From the NCBI GenBank assembly GCA_964580055.1, contig CAZOJI010000013.1:22018-86017 (forward strand): a DNA stretch of 64,000 bases. The letters are read 5' to 3'. The notes below the pieces were generated by a model. That model was given only the letters and a program-made list of their open reading frames with translations. It was not told the DNA's origin and did not search any database. Made by a program: the position numbers and the translations under genes. Of this stretch, positions 43,804 through 53,087 are shown piece by piece (the stretch's first letter is position 1; every line of letters starts with the position of its first letter). The DNA is from an uncultured Gemmatimonadaceae bacterium (GTDB lineage: Bacteria > Gemmatimonadota > Gemmatimonadetes > Gemmatimonadales > GWC2-71-9).

Positions 43804-46401
43804 ATGCGCCTATCCGCTAACGTAACCAGAGAAGTCCTCCCAAACGGCCTCACCATTCTGGTTCAACGATTCGACTCAGCTCCGGTGGTTGCGGTCGTCA
43901 CGCATGTGAAGGCCGGTTACTTCGATGAACCGGACGAGTGGGTGGGAATCGCCCATGTGCTCGAACACATGTTCTTCAAGGGTACCTCCCGTCGCGGTCC
44001 CGGAGAGATCGCCCGAGACACTCAATTGCTGGGCGGGTACCTGAATGCGGGTACGATTTACGATAAGACAGCGTACTACACCGTGCTGCCTTCCAGCGAA
44101 GGGGGCCTGGAGAAGGCGCTCGACATCCAGTCCGACGCATTGAAAAACGCGGCTCTCGATCAGGACGAACTGACACGAGAGCTGGAGGTGATCATCCAGG
44201 AGGCGAACCGCAAACTCGACTCCCCGGATGCGGTGGCGGGTGAAACACTGTACGAACTGTTGTTTGAGAAGCACAGGATGCGGCGGTGGCGGATAGGCAC
44301 GGAAGAGGGGCTGAGGAAGCTGACGCACGAGGATGTGCGCACTTACTACTCGACCCGGTATACGCCGGGCCGAGTGGTTGTTTCGGTCGTTGGAGACGTG
44401 GATACCAAACAGGTGCTGACCTTGGCGCGGGCTGCCTACGGCGACTGGGACCGATCGACTGTTTCGGTCGAAGGATCTCCCCCGGAGCCGGACACCATCG
44501 TCCCGTCCGTGCGCGTGCTCACCGGCGACGTCAAGAGGCCTCTGGCAGTGCTCGGCTGGAAGACCGTTGGGACCCTGCATCAAGACACCTCTGCACTGGA
44601 CGTAGCAGCGTCAGTGCTGGGAAATGGCAGGGGATCTCGGCTTTACCGGGGGGTGCGAACGCCGGGTCTGGCTAGCAGCGTCCGCGCAGGACACTACACT
44701 CCGACAGAAGTGGGCGTGTTCGATATCTCTCTAGCGGCTGATGCGGACAGGCTGGACGAAGCCGTGACCCGTTGCGTCGACACGGTGTCTGAACTGCTCG
44801 CAGCCGTGCCCACAGCAACAGAGTTGGACCGCACTCGCGCGCTCTTCGCCATGCGTTGGGCGAGGGTGTTCGAGTCGATGGATTCGCGCGCCGCTGCACT
44901 GGCCGAAGGCGAATCTCTGGGCGGGTATCAGCTCATAGACGAGCTTCACCAGCGCGCGTTGGATGTGACCGCGGAAGAGGTGCAGCATGTTGTGAGTCGC
45001 TATCTGCGACCTGAGCACGCTTCACTGGTGGTTTACCTGCCGGAAGACGGCCACACCAGCCTGGCCGGGGATTCGTGGCCGCTTGCGCCCAAAACGCAAC
45101 CGTCGCCAGTTGGCCCGGTACGCGACGCGTTGATCGAGTCCACCAGGGGTACTCCGGCCGAGATAGTCGATAGCGCTGAATACCCCGGCGGCATCAGCCT
45201 GCGCTCCTACGAGGGCGTAGACATGCTGGCGCGTTCCAAACCCGGCTGTGGCCTGGTCACTCTCGGCTTGGATATAGCCGGTCTCCCGGTGCTGGAGACT
45301 CCTTCGAAGGCGGGCATTTCTCGCCTCCTGGTTCGATCCACTATCCGGGGCGCCGGCGGTTTGACCGGCGAGGAATTGGCATTGGCCGCGGAATCTCTGG
45401 GGGGTGGCATCGTCGCGAGCAGCTCGGCCGACGGTCTGGGTTGGGGCATCACCGTCCCGCCGGATGCCCTGAGGCAGGCAGCCGGACTACTGCGCAAGGT
45501 GGCTCTCGAGCCCACGCTCGCGGGAGCGGAAATAGCCAAGGAGCGGACTCAGCAGATCAGCGACGCTCGCCGTTCGCAAGACGACATGTTCAGACATCCG
45601 ACCCAGCGCGTGCTTGGCAAGGCTTACGGAGAGGATGTATACGGATTGCCGGTGCTCGGAGAGCCGCAAACCGTGGAGTCCCTGAGCGATAACGATGTCA
45701 GGGAATGGGCTGCGGAGATAGGGAAACACAGAGCGGTTCTGGTGGCTGTCGGTGACCTCGATCGAGAACAAATGCTGAGCGCCTTGGCACCCCTTGCGGG
45801 CTGGCCGGCGGTGGCTGATCTAGGGTCAGGGTCAAATGGGTCGCCCGAGTTTCGCGACGAGATCGGAGCCGAGCGGAGGAACAAGGCTCAGACCGCGCTC
45901 GCAATGGCGTTTCCAGCCATGCCGGCGGCATCCGCGGACAGATTCGCGGTTTTGGTTTTGGGATCGTTGCTCAGCGGCCTCTCGGGAAGGCTGTTCAAGG
46001 AGTTGCGGGAGAAGAGATCTCTGGCATACACCGTTGCGGCACTGCCCTGGTTGAGGCGCCGCGCCGGTGCCATGCTTACCTATATCGCAACCTCTCCTGA
46101 GAGGGAGTCGGAAGCTCGTGACGTCATGCTTCGGGAATTGTCGCTCCTCGTGGAAGACTCTATCGCCGATGTCGAACTCGAACGCGCCCGCAATTACGCG
46201 GCGGGCCTGGTGGAGATACGCCAGCAGCACGCCTCCTCCGTGAGCAGCGAGATTCTCACAGCTTGGCAGAACGGCGTGTTAGCCGAAATCGAGGATACCG
46301 CGGAACGCCTGCGGAGCGTCACAGAGGAGGAAGTGAACAGGGTTGCGAGAAACCTCTTTGGGGCGGGACGCCACGCTGAGTACGTGGTGAGAGGTCGGTG
46401 A
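43804..46401 (+). CDS. M16 (pitrilysin/insulinase) family zinc peptidase, fused double-unit form
   Basis: 865 aa. The inverted zinc motif HVLEHMFFKGT (HxxEH) lies in the first unit. The second half repeats the M16 fold without the motif. Confidence 0.9.
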   Translation: MRLSANVTREVLPNGLTILVQRFDSAPVVAVVTHVKAGYFDEPDEWVGIAHVLEHMFFKGTSRRGPGEIARDTQLLGGYLNAGTIYDKTAYYTVLPSSEGGLEKALDIQSDALKNAALDQDELTRELEVIIQEANRKLDSPDAVAGETLYELLFEKHRMRRWRIGTEEGLRKLTHEDVRTYYSTRYTPGRVVVSVVGDVDTKQVLTLARAAYGDWDRSTVSVEGSPPEPDTIVPSVRVLTGDVKRPLAVLGWKTVGTLHQDTSALDVAASVLGNGRGSRLYRGVRTPGLASSVRAGHYTPTEVGVFDISLAADADRLDEAVTRCVDTVSELLAAVPTATELDRTRALFAMRWARVFESMDSRAAALAEGESLGGYQLIDELHQRALDVTAEEVQHVVSRYLRPEHASLVVYLPEDGHTSLAGDSWPLAPKTQPSPVGPVRDALIESTRGTPAEIVDSAEYPGGISLRSYEGVDMLARSKPGCGLVTLGLDIAGLPVLETPSKAGISRLLVRSTIRGAGGLTGEELALAAESLGGGIVASSSADGLGWGITVPPDALRQAAGLLRKVALEPTLAGAEIAKERTQQISDARRSQDDMFRHPTQRVLGKAYGEDVYGLPVLGEPQTVESLSDNDVREWAAEIGKHRAVLVAVGDLDREQMLSALAPLAGWPAVADLGSGSNGSPEFRDEIGAERRNKAQTALAMAFPAMPAASADRFAVLVLGSLLSGLSGRLFKELREKRSLAYTVAALPWLRRRAGAMLTYIATSPERESEARDVMLRELSLLVEDSIADVELERARNYAAGLVEIRQQHASSVSSEILTAWQNGVLAEIEDTAERLRSVTEEEVNRVARNLFGAGRHAEYVVRGR

Positions 46402-46424
46402 ACGCGAAAAGCGTCAGTCCAGCG

Positions 46425-46883
46425 CTAGAACATCGACATCGCCAAGAAGGACCGCAGGTTATCGTTGGTGATTCGCAGTCTGTCGCACAACAGTCTGACT
46501 ACCGACCAGAGCACCTTGTAACCGAGGTCGCGATCGAAATCAACGAGCATCTCGAAGTCGGACCGCGTAATGGTGAGGAGAACGCAGTCGGTGTTGGCTA
46601 TCGCGTCGGTTGAGCGCGTGGATCGGTCGAGTACGGCCATCTCGCCAAAACATGCGCCGGGCTTCAACACGGCGAGCGCCTCCTCACCTGAGCCTGGCAC
46701 GTCCCGCGAAATGCGAACCTCGCCGTCCGCAATGATATACAGGCGGTTTCCTGGCTCGTCTTCTTTGAATATCGTTTTGCCGAACTTGAATCGCTGTTCC
46801 TGGCAGATCTCGGCCACTCTCTCGAGCTCTTCGCCTTCGAGGTCGGCGAAGATCGCGGCCTTCTTGATGAGGCTGAGGTCCAT
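46425..46883 (-). CDS. cyclic-nucleotide-binding domain protein (stand-alone)
   Basis: 152 aa. IFADLEGEELERVAE....F..G..IFKEDEPGNRLYIIADGEVRI....GACFGEMAVLD...RSTDA matches the CNB pattern. Confidence 0.85.
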   Translation of the reverse strand: MDLSLIKKAAIFADLEGEELERVAEICQEQRFKFGKTIFKEDEPGNRLYIIADGEVRISRDVPGSGEEALAVLKPGACFGEMAVLDRSTRSTDAIANTDCVLLTITRSDFEMLVDFDRDLGYKVLWSVVRLLCDRLRITNDNLRSFLAMSMF

Positions 46884-46940
46884 AGAATCTCACCTTGCAG
46901 GGAGAGGGAAGAGTAGGTGCAACCTACAGAAAGCCTTGAT

Positions 46941-47450
46941 ATGCGGCAAGATAGGCCACTAATCAAGCCGCCCGACCTGCTCACGGCGTGCAGGATTCCG
47001 CTGGCCGCGGTCTTTCTGATTGCGGACTCGGCCGCCGCGCGCTTTGTCGTGCTTGCAGTCGTGGTAATAACGGACATCGGCGACGGGATGTGGGCGCGCA
47101 GGATCGGAGGATCGAGAACCGGGGCTGTGCTGGACCCGGTCGCGGACAAACTATTCATGCTCACCGCCTTCATCGTAGTGTTCCGCAGTGGCGGTTTGAG
47201 GCCCCTGGAAGTTGTCGGCGTTCTGCTGCGGGATATCACCGCACTGTTCAGCTTCATAGGGGTGACGATAATGAAGAAGCCGAAGACGCTGCCAGCACGC
47301 GCTGGAGGCAAGGCCGTAACGGTGAGCCAGACGCTCACGCTGGTCGCGTTTCTGGCCGGGTCGGATCTGCTGCGACCGCTTGCCTGGGCGACCGCGGCGA
47401 TCTCGCTGTACGCCATCTGGGATTACATGCACGTCGGGACGAGCCAGTGA
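46941..47450 (+). CDS. CDP-alcohol phosphatidyltransferase family protein
   Basis: DIGDGMWARRIGGSRTGAVLDPVADK matches D-x2-DG-x2-AR-x8-G-x3-D-x3-D. It has about 4-5 TM. The ATG at 46941 is preferred over the GTG at 46917. Confidence 0.85.
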   Translation: MRQDRPLIKPPDLLTACRIPLAAVFLIADSAAARFVVLAVVVITDIGDGMWARRIGGSRTGAVLDPVADKLFMLTAFIVVFRSGGLRPLEVVGVLLRDITALFSFIGVTIMKKPKTLPARAGGKAVTVSQTLTLVAFLAGSDLLRPLAWATAAISLYAIWDYMHVGTSQ

Positions 47451-47487
47451 TAAACCAGTGCGTAATGCAGGAGGGGGCCAACCGGAC

Positions 47488-48027
47488 ATGAAGGGAAGCG
47501 TGAAGATTGTTCTATCGGCATTTATGGCATTGACGGTAGCCTCATCCCTTTCAGCTCAGGAGAACTATCTGCAAGCCGAACTCGACAACGGCTCTACTCC
47601 TCCGTTCCAAATCGGCCTGTTTGGATTCGCTAGTCGAGTCGGGATCGATTTCGAGGGCCAGGGACAAGCGGTGGCGAGTTTCGCGCTGGATTTGGGCGAT
47701 CTCTACACCGACAGGCTTCGCCTCCGGCCGTCGGCCGAACTGGGTTTCGGATGGGGTGACAATACTTACGTTGCCAACGTCGAGGTCATTTACAGGTTCA
47801 CGCCGGACACCATGGTCGCGGTACCGTACGTGGGCGGCGGGATCGGGTTGGCGGGGCAAGAGGGGTGTGGATCCGTCGACGGGTGTCCGGCAGTATGGGG
47901 GCAGTTCGTGCTCGGGTTCGAGTTGAAGCTGCGCAATCGGCTGAGCTGGCTGATTGAATATCATGGAGAAGATTCCTTCGGGCGCCAGCGGTTGCTCGTC
48001 GGACTGACGACTCGGCGGGGGATCTAA
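47488..48027 (+). CDS. small outer-membrane beta-barrel-like protein
   Basis: ATG at 47488 with GGAGGGGG upstream. Signal peptide ...VASSLSAQ. The body has alternating Gly/aromatic beta-strand character. The ending LLVGLTTRRGI is not a classic terminal Phe. Confidence 0.55.
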   Translation: MKGSVKIVLSAFMALTVASSLSAQENYLQAELDNGSTPPFQIGLFGFASRVGIDFEGQGQAVASFALDLGDLYTDRLRLRPSAELGFGWGDNTYVANVEVIYRFTPDTMVAVPYVGGGIGLAGQEGCGSVDGCPAVWGQFVLGFELKLRNRLSWLIEYHGEDSFGRQRLLVGLTTRRGI

Positions 48028-48092
48028 AATGTGGGGATCATGGGCGATCGAGCCGGCCGGCTCGGGCGACGGCAGCTTTCACGAGGCGGCAA

Positions 48093-48551
48093 TTGCGTAG
48101 ATCCTTGCTGTTGATCGTAATGTGGCTCCTGGCGCCGCTGCCCTCCGTTGCGCAAAGCGGGACGGAGTGGCAGGTGCATTCACTGGCGCTGTTGGGAGCC
48201 GACAGGTTCTTGGGAGGTGGAGTCGGCCTCAATCTCAGGACGAACGGTCGCATGAGATGGGGTGCTGCGTTGAACGCCGGCGAGCTGGAGGGGAATGTGG
48301 CGCTGAGACCAGAGGTGCTTGGCTCATTTCACCTGAATCCATACAAGCGCCGAGGTGTCGCCCCGTACGCCGGAGCTGGCGTTGCCCTGGTGATTTCGGA
48401 AGGCACCACCCGCGAGTACATACTCGCTGTCATCGGAGTCGAATCGCGGCCCGGTCGTTCGAGAGGGTGGTTCGCCGAGGTTGGTGTTGGCGGCGGCGCA
48501 AGGGTATCGGTAGGGGTGCAATTCCGAAAACAGCATGCACGTGTACGCTGA
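48093..48551 (+). CDS. small secreted/outer-membrane beta-barrel-like protein
   Basis: TTG start with GAGG 6 nt upstream. Signal peptide MRRSLLLIVMWLLAPLPSVAQ. The body is Gly/Ala/Val-rich with strand-like segments, loosely similar to the preceding gene. Confidence 0.5.
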   Translation: MRRSLLLIVMWLLAPLPSVAQSGTEWQVHSLALLGADRFLGGGVGLNLRTNGRMRWGAALNAGELEGNVALRPEVLGSFHLNPYKRRGVAPYAGAGVALVISEGTTREYILAVIGVESRPGRSRGWFAEVGVGGGARVSVGVQFRKQHARVR

Positions 48552-48617
48552 ACCGACCGGAGTTGGCCGGACACCTGCGTTTGTTCAGTTTAGGACGCTA
48601 CCGGGAGGTGGCTGCGT

Positions 48618-48887
48618 TCAGCTGGTCGCGCTGACTTCTGGTTTATGGCGCTTCACTGGGCGGCAATACTGCTCGCCAACTGCCCTGATTTCCTTCAATT
48701 CCTTCTTGGACAGAGTTGAATAACGCTCGGCCAAATACTCCATCGTGTCATCGAACCAGTCCTTTCGGTGCTCCGGCTCGGCCTGAAGTACTCCGCACTG
48801 AAGGATGTGACTCAGGAGTTCGTCTCGGGCCTTGTCAAAAGGGCTGGTGCTATCGTCCTTACTGTAGGCGCGTTTGTTCTTTCCCAC
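48618..48887 (-). CDS. hypothetical small protein (about 89 aa)
   Basis: GTG at 48887 with GGAG 8 nt upstream, inside track ORF 48618..49010. The sequence SPFDKARDELLSHILQCGVLQAEPEHRKDWFDDTMEYLAERY is helical. I recognised no family. Confidence 0.4.
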   Translation of the reverse strand: MGKNKRAYSKDDSTSPFDKARDELLSHILQCGVLQAEPEHRKDWFDDTMEYLAERYSTLSKKELKEIRAVGEQYCRPVKRHKPEVSATS

Positions 48888-49028
48888 GCGCGGCGCTCCA
48901 TTGGTTGCTCGTGATTGAGGTTGCCCGCTAAGTGTACAAACGCCACGAGGACAGGGCAAGAGACCTACGCGCATATGGGTTTGGAACAAGAAGTCTCCCC
49001 TTGCGCACACCTTTTCGAGGGATTTTTA

Positions 49029-49307
49029 ATGTCCGAATCGGTATACGAGCACGAAAGACCTGCACGGCTTGTTGCCTTGCTCAGGGCGTTAGCAAGTAGA
49101 ATTAGCGAACTCGAACGCGACGAGGATCTTCTTGCGGCGGGTCCGGAATTGTTGAAGATAATGGGCGACGCTCGGGCCGAGCTGTTCCGATATGAGGTGC
49201 GCATTACCTACGATACGCCGGAGATCGCGGAGAGCCGCCGAATAGTGGATCAGGCAAAGCAGCAGCTCGAGCGACTCGATTTTGAGGACCCAGAGGGGGT
49301 AAGTTGA
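49029..49307 (+). CDS. hypothetical cytoplasmic coiled-coil protein (92 aa), coupled to dsbA-like gene
   Basis: ATG at 49029 inside track ORF 48915..49307. The composition is helical and charged. Its TGA stop (49305-49307) overlaps the ATG (49307) of the next gene. Confidence 0.5.
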   Translation: MSESVYEHERPARLVALLRALASRISELERDEDLLAAGPELLKIMGDARAELFRYEVRITYDTPEIAESRRIVDQAKQQLERLDFEDPEGVS

Positions 49308-49999
49308 TGGCGGGAAAGCTGAATCTCAAAGTCTTTTATGCCGGCATGGCATTGGTCGCCGTGGCCGGAACGGTAGTGATCTTGATGGCCACCAGCGGCG
49401 GCGTGGAGGCGCCCCCGGTACAGGCTTTGGACCAACCTTTCTCTCCGGATGCGGAACCTTTCCCAGGTTATGTGATGGGCAGTGACTCCGCTCCAGTCGA
49501 GATAATCCAGTACGCCGATTTTGCCTGCGCGCACTGTGCGACCTTCACTATTCTGCACGGCCCAACGATCATCAATCGATTGGTTCGCACGGGTCTCGCG
49601 CGACTGCGGTTTCGTGGGCTCGCTTTGTATCAGGTTTCTCTACTGCCTCACAACGCGGCTGAGTGTGCGGGAGAACAGGGCAGCTTCTGGGAAATGCACG
49701 ACAACCTGATGTTCAGGCAGAACGAATGGTTCAACGATCCCGACTGGCCTACGTCACGAAAGACGCTGCGCACGTTCCGGCAGTTCGCCCGAGACGCCGG
49801 CTTGGACCTCGATCAATACGACCAGTGCATGGAGGAGGGTCGTTACCAGGACCGAATCATTGCCACCCGAAACGAAATTGTCGATCTGGGTATTCGCTCC
49901 ACTCCGACCTTCGAGGTAGGGGCTTACAGAGTCACCGGCGGCATCTCGTATGACAGCCTCAGGGTTCTGGTGTCCAAGGCGTCAGAGCAAGCGCAATGA
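49307..49999 (+). CDS. DsbA-family thiol:disulfide oxidoreductase (membrane-anchored/secreted)
   Basis: The N-terminal hydrophobic segment is FYAGMALVAVAGTVVILMA. The thioredoxin-fold active site is FACAHCATF (CxxC). Confidence 0.85.
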   Translation: MAGKLNLKVFYAGMALVAVAGTVVILMATSGGVEAPPVQALDQPFSPDAEPFPGYVMGSDSAPVEIIQYADFACAHCATFTILHGPTIINRLVRTGLARLRFRGLALYQVSLLPHNAAECAGEQGSFWEMHDNLMFRQNEWFNDPDWPTSRKTLRTFRQFARDAGLDLDQYDQCMEEGRYQDRIIATRNEIVDLGIRSTPTFEVGAYRVTGGISYDSLRVLVSKASEQAQ

Positions 50000-50433
50000 T
50001 ACATCGCATGGCCGCATCAGCTCTTTCACTCGTCGGGGTCCTCGTGGCGGTGTATCTACTGCTTTGGAAGATTGGGGTCATGGGCGAACTCTCGTGCACA
50101 ACGAGTGGCTGCGAAACCGTGCAGACCAGCGAATATTCCGACTTTCTCGGTGTACCGGTGGCGCTGTACGGTGTAGCTGGTTTTCTTACTCTCTTGATCG
50201 TGGGCCTGGCCGGGCTACAACCTCCGTGGCTCGAACGCAAAGAGCCCACGCTTCTGCTGGCGGTCTTTTCCGGCATAGGTGTTGCATGTTCAGCGTATCT
50301 GACGTACCTGGAGGCGGCCGTAATCCACGCATGGTGCCAATGGTGTGTTGCCAGCGCGATTTTGATCACGTTGGTTTTCGCCGTCTCCCTGGCGGGTCTT
50401 TTACGATGGTCACCGGCGGAGGCGCGGAAGTAG
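49996..50433 (+). CDS. vitamin K epoxide reductase (VKOR) family protein
   Basis: 145 aa, 4 TM. The loop Cys pair is LSCTTSGCETV. The TM CxxC is AWCQWCV. An ATGA overlap joins it to the dsbA-like gene. Confidence 0.85.
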   Translation: MIHRMAASALSLVGVLVAVYLLLWKIGVMGELSCTTSGCETVQTSEYSDFLGVPVALYGVAGFLTLLIVGLAGLQPPWLERKEPTLLLAVFSGIGVACSAYLTYLEAAVIHAWCQWCVASAILITLVFAVSLAGLLRWSPAEARK

Positions 50434-50485
50434 CCCAAAGCGTCTTATCAGAACGCCGGAGCGCCGGCCGGTTCGGCTGCACGGC

Positions 50486-50908
50486 ATGCTGGAGGTAGGA
50501 TTGGTGTCTGCTTCGCATCCACTGACCGCGGATGAGCCCAACTCCCAGGCTGGGGGAGAGACGAACACGTCCGCTCGACAGGACCATTCAGGCTCCATGT
50601 CCATACTCGCGGAACAGACAATTGCCGCACCGGAATCCCTTGGCCTCGAAACGCGCTTGGAATTCCGCGAAGCTGCGTCCAGCCTCATCGACAGGGTGTC
50701 TGCGGGCACCGGCAGACTGGTCGTCGATTGCGCCGACCTGAAATCGATTGACAGCTCGGGACTCAATGCTTTGATCCTGGTGCACCGCAAAGCCGCGCAG
50801 AGGCGCATCAAAGTCGTCTTGCGGGATCTAAACGGTGAGCTGCTAGCGCTGCTCGTTTTGACGAAACTGGACGACCTGTTCGAACTGCAGCACGGGCAAG
50901 CACGTTAG
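50486..50908 (+). CDS. STAS domain protein (anti-sigma-factor antagonist-like)
   Basis: LEFREAASSLIDRVSAGTGRLVVDCADLKSIDSSGLNALILVHRKA....IKVVLRDLNGELLALLVLTKLDDLF matches the SpoIIAA/STAS pattern. The start is uncertain: ATG 50486, GTG 50504 (GGAGG 7 nt upstream) or ATG 50597. Confidence 0.75.
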   Translation: MLEVGLVSASHPLTADEPNSQAGGETNTSARQDHSGSMSILAEQTIAAPESLGLETRLEFREAASSLIDRVSAGTGRLVVDCADLKSIDSSGLNALILVHRKAAQRRIKVVLRDLNGELLALLVLTKLDDLFELQHGQAR

Positions 50909-50930
50909 GTCATGTGCGCACCTTTTTGCC

Positions 50931-51611
50931 TTGACCGATTCTGAATCGTCGCTCTCCGTACGAAACCTGTCGCGGCGATTCGGCTACCGTCGGGTCATTG
51001 CCGACATCTCCTTCGACGTCAGTGGCGGCGATTTCCTGCTGTTGATCGGACACAACGGTGCCGGCAAGACCACCCTGATCAGATTGCTCGCGGGATTGCT
51101 CAAGCCCAACTCAGGATCGGTCGTGAGGCCGCACTCGTTTGGCCTCGTAGCACACGAATCGATGCTCTACGATTCTCTCACCGCCAAAGAGAATCTGCGT
51201 TTCTTCGGGCGGCTTCATGGCAATAGAGCGGAAGAGCGTGAGAACCAGCTCCTCGAGAAGATAGGACTTGCTGAACACGCGGATCGCCGCGTCGCGTCCT
51301 ACAGTCGGGGAATGGTGCAGCGACTCACTTTGGCGAGGGCGTTGCTGCCCGACCCCGAGCTGTTGCTGCTTGACGAGCCGATGACCGGTTTGGATGACGC
51401 GGCATCGGGCACGGTCTGTGAGATCCTGGCCGACTCGAGATCGCAGAAACGAATGGTGGTCCTGGCGACCCATCAACTCGCCGACGTAGTCGGCCTGGCT
51501 ACAGATGTTGGATTCTTGGTTTCAGGCCGGATGAAGGCCATCGAACCGATTGCCGGACGCGATGCGACGACTTTGACAGGGCGCTACAGGGAACTGGCGG
51601 GAAATGTCTAG
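50931..51611 (+). CDS. ccmA: heme exporter ABC ATPase CcmA
   Basis: Walker A GHNGAGKTT, signature YSRGMVQRLTLARAL, Walker B LLLLDEPMTGLD. ccmB/ccmC follow with overlaps. Confidence 0.85.
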   Translation: MTDSESSLSVRNLSRRFGYRRVIADISFDVSGGDFLLLIGHNGAGKTTLIRLLAGLLKPNSGSVVRPHSFGLVAHESMLYDSLTAKENLRFFGRLHGNRAEERENQLLEKIGLAEHADRRVASYSRGMVQRLTLARALLPDPELLLLDEPMTGLDDAASGTVCEILADSRSQKRMVVLATHQLADVVGLATDVGFLVSGRMKAIEPIAGRDATTLTGRYRELAGNV

Positions 51612-52287
51612 GTCAATCTGGACCACCGCCTACGCAGTGGCCGCTAAAGATCTGAAAATCGAATGGCGCACCAAGACCGCGTTTGCCTCCTCGATAGTCT
51701 TCGCAGTACTCGTTCTCGCAATCTTCTACTTCTCGCGCGACACCACGGTCGTATCAGAGTTGGAAATTGCGCCAGCGGCTCTGTGGGTGACCTTTACTTT
51801 TGCGTCCATGCTGGGCTTGAACAGGGCGTTTCTCCTGGAACAGGAGCATCGTGCGATCGACGGTATCCTGGTCACCCCGGTCCCCCGCACCGGCGTCTTC
51901 GTCGGCAAACTGCTGGGCAATCTCATCTTCGTTGTGGTGCTGGAGTTGTGCTCCCTGCCGCTGTTTTCACTGTTTTTCAACGTCTCTATCCTGCGCGAAC
52001 TGCCGGCGCTGCTGGCTGTGACATTGATGGCGACATTCGCTTTCGTCACCGTGGGAACTCTCCTCAGTGCAATGGTCGTGCGTACCAGATTCTCGGAATT
52101 GATGCTTCCGATTCTATTGTTACCCTTCCTCGTACCTCCGATCATCGGGGCCGTTCAGATCACGTCAGGCCTTCTAGGGGGGCGTCCCTTGAGCGAGTAC
52201 GGCGGATGGATGAGATTGTTAGCTTCTTTCGACATTGCCTTCGTTGTGGCTTGCCTGTTGCTCTTTGACGCGACGGTTGAAGAATGA
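51604..52287 (+). CDS. ccmB: heme exporter membrane protein CcmB
   Basis: 227 aa, about 6 TM. It begins ...AVAAKDLKIEWRTK as in CcmB and overlaps both ccmA and ccmC. Confidence 0.85.
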   Translation: MSRSIWTTAYAVAAKDLKIEWRTKTAFASSIVFAVLVLAIFYFSRDTTVVSELEIAPAALWVTFTFASMLGLNRAFLLEQEHRAIDGILVTPVPRTGVFVGKLLGNLIFVVVLELCSLPLFSLFFNVSILRELPALLAVTLMATFAFVTVGTLLSAMVVRTRFSELMLPILLLPFLVPPIIGAVQITSGLLGGRPLSEYGGWMRLLASFDIAFVVACLLLFDATVEE

Positions 52288-52988
52288 CCGAGTTCGACTC
52301 TGCGCGGTTGACCGTCCGGCGCGGCTGGATACTGACGATAGTGGCACTGCTGGCTCTGTGCGCGGTGTACGTTCGCGTTGCTTACTTCACCCCGATCGAG
52401 ACCGCCCAGGGACCGGCCCAGAAAATCTTCTACGTGCATGTCCCCTCGGCCTGGGCGGCACTTGTCGCATTTGCAGTCACCGGAGTGCTCAGCCTGGTTT
52501 ACCTTGTGCGAAGAGATGCGAGGCTGGACCGAGTTGCTGCTGCTTCCGCCGAGGTGGGATTGGTTTTTGGCTTGGCAATGCTCACGACGGGGGCACTCTG
52601 GGGCAAGACGATATGGGGCGCGTGGTGGGTATGGGACGCTCGTCTGACTTCCACCCTGTTTCTCTGCCTGCTGTTTCTGGGTTACGTCGTATTGCGAGGC
52701 GCAGTGATGGATCCGGATATGCGAGCCCGGTTTTCCGCCGTGCTGGGCATTCTGGCGCTGGTGCTGGTGCCCTTCATCTACCTCTCGGTTCACATGTTTC
52801 GCACACTTCATCCGCAGCCGCCTGTGCTGAGGGCGGGGACTCCGACCCTTCCTGCATCGATGCTCGTCACGCTGCTGCTCTCAGTGTTGGTCTTCTCGGC
52901 TCTCTACGTGGGGTTCTTGATGTTGCGGTATTCATTGTCGATGCTCAGACAGATACGCGAGGAGGAAGCGGTCGGTGGGATCCCCTGA
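52284..52988 (+). CDS. ccmC: heme exporter/heme-handling protein CcmC
   Basis: The Trp-rich motif LWGKTIWGAWWVWDARLTS (WGxxWxWDxRL) is present, with flanking conserved His residues. Confidence 0.9.
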   Translation: MTEFDSARLTVRRGWILTIVALLALCAVYVRVAYFTPIETAQGPAQKIFYVHVPSAWAALVAFAVTGVLSLVYLVRRDARLDRVAAASAEVGLVFGLAMLTTGALWGKTIWGAWWVWDARLTSTLFLCLLFLGYVVLRGAVMDPDMRARFSAVLGILALVLVPFIYLSVHMFRTLHPQPPVLRAGTPTLPASMLVTLLLSVLVFSALYVGFLMLRYSLSMLRQIREEEAVGGIP

Positions 52989-53085
52989 TAACAGTGCCTA
53001 CGCCGTGGTCGGCTACTTGGCGACTACGCTGGTCTTGCTGGCATATGCGGCATTCCTGTACTTCAGGATCCGCAAGGAGCGTTGA
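52975..53085 (+). CDS. ccmD: CcmD-like small membrane protein (36 aa)
   Basis: Not in the ORF track. GTG at 52975 with GAGGAGGAAG 5 nt upstream gives VGSPDNSAYAVVGYLATTLVLLAYAAFLYFRIRKER. This is one TM helix plus a basic tail, like CcmD. It overlaps the ccmC end by 14 nt. Confidence 0.55.
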   Translation: MGSPDNSAYAVVGYLATTLVLLAYAAFLYFRIRKER

Positions 53086-53087
53086 GG

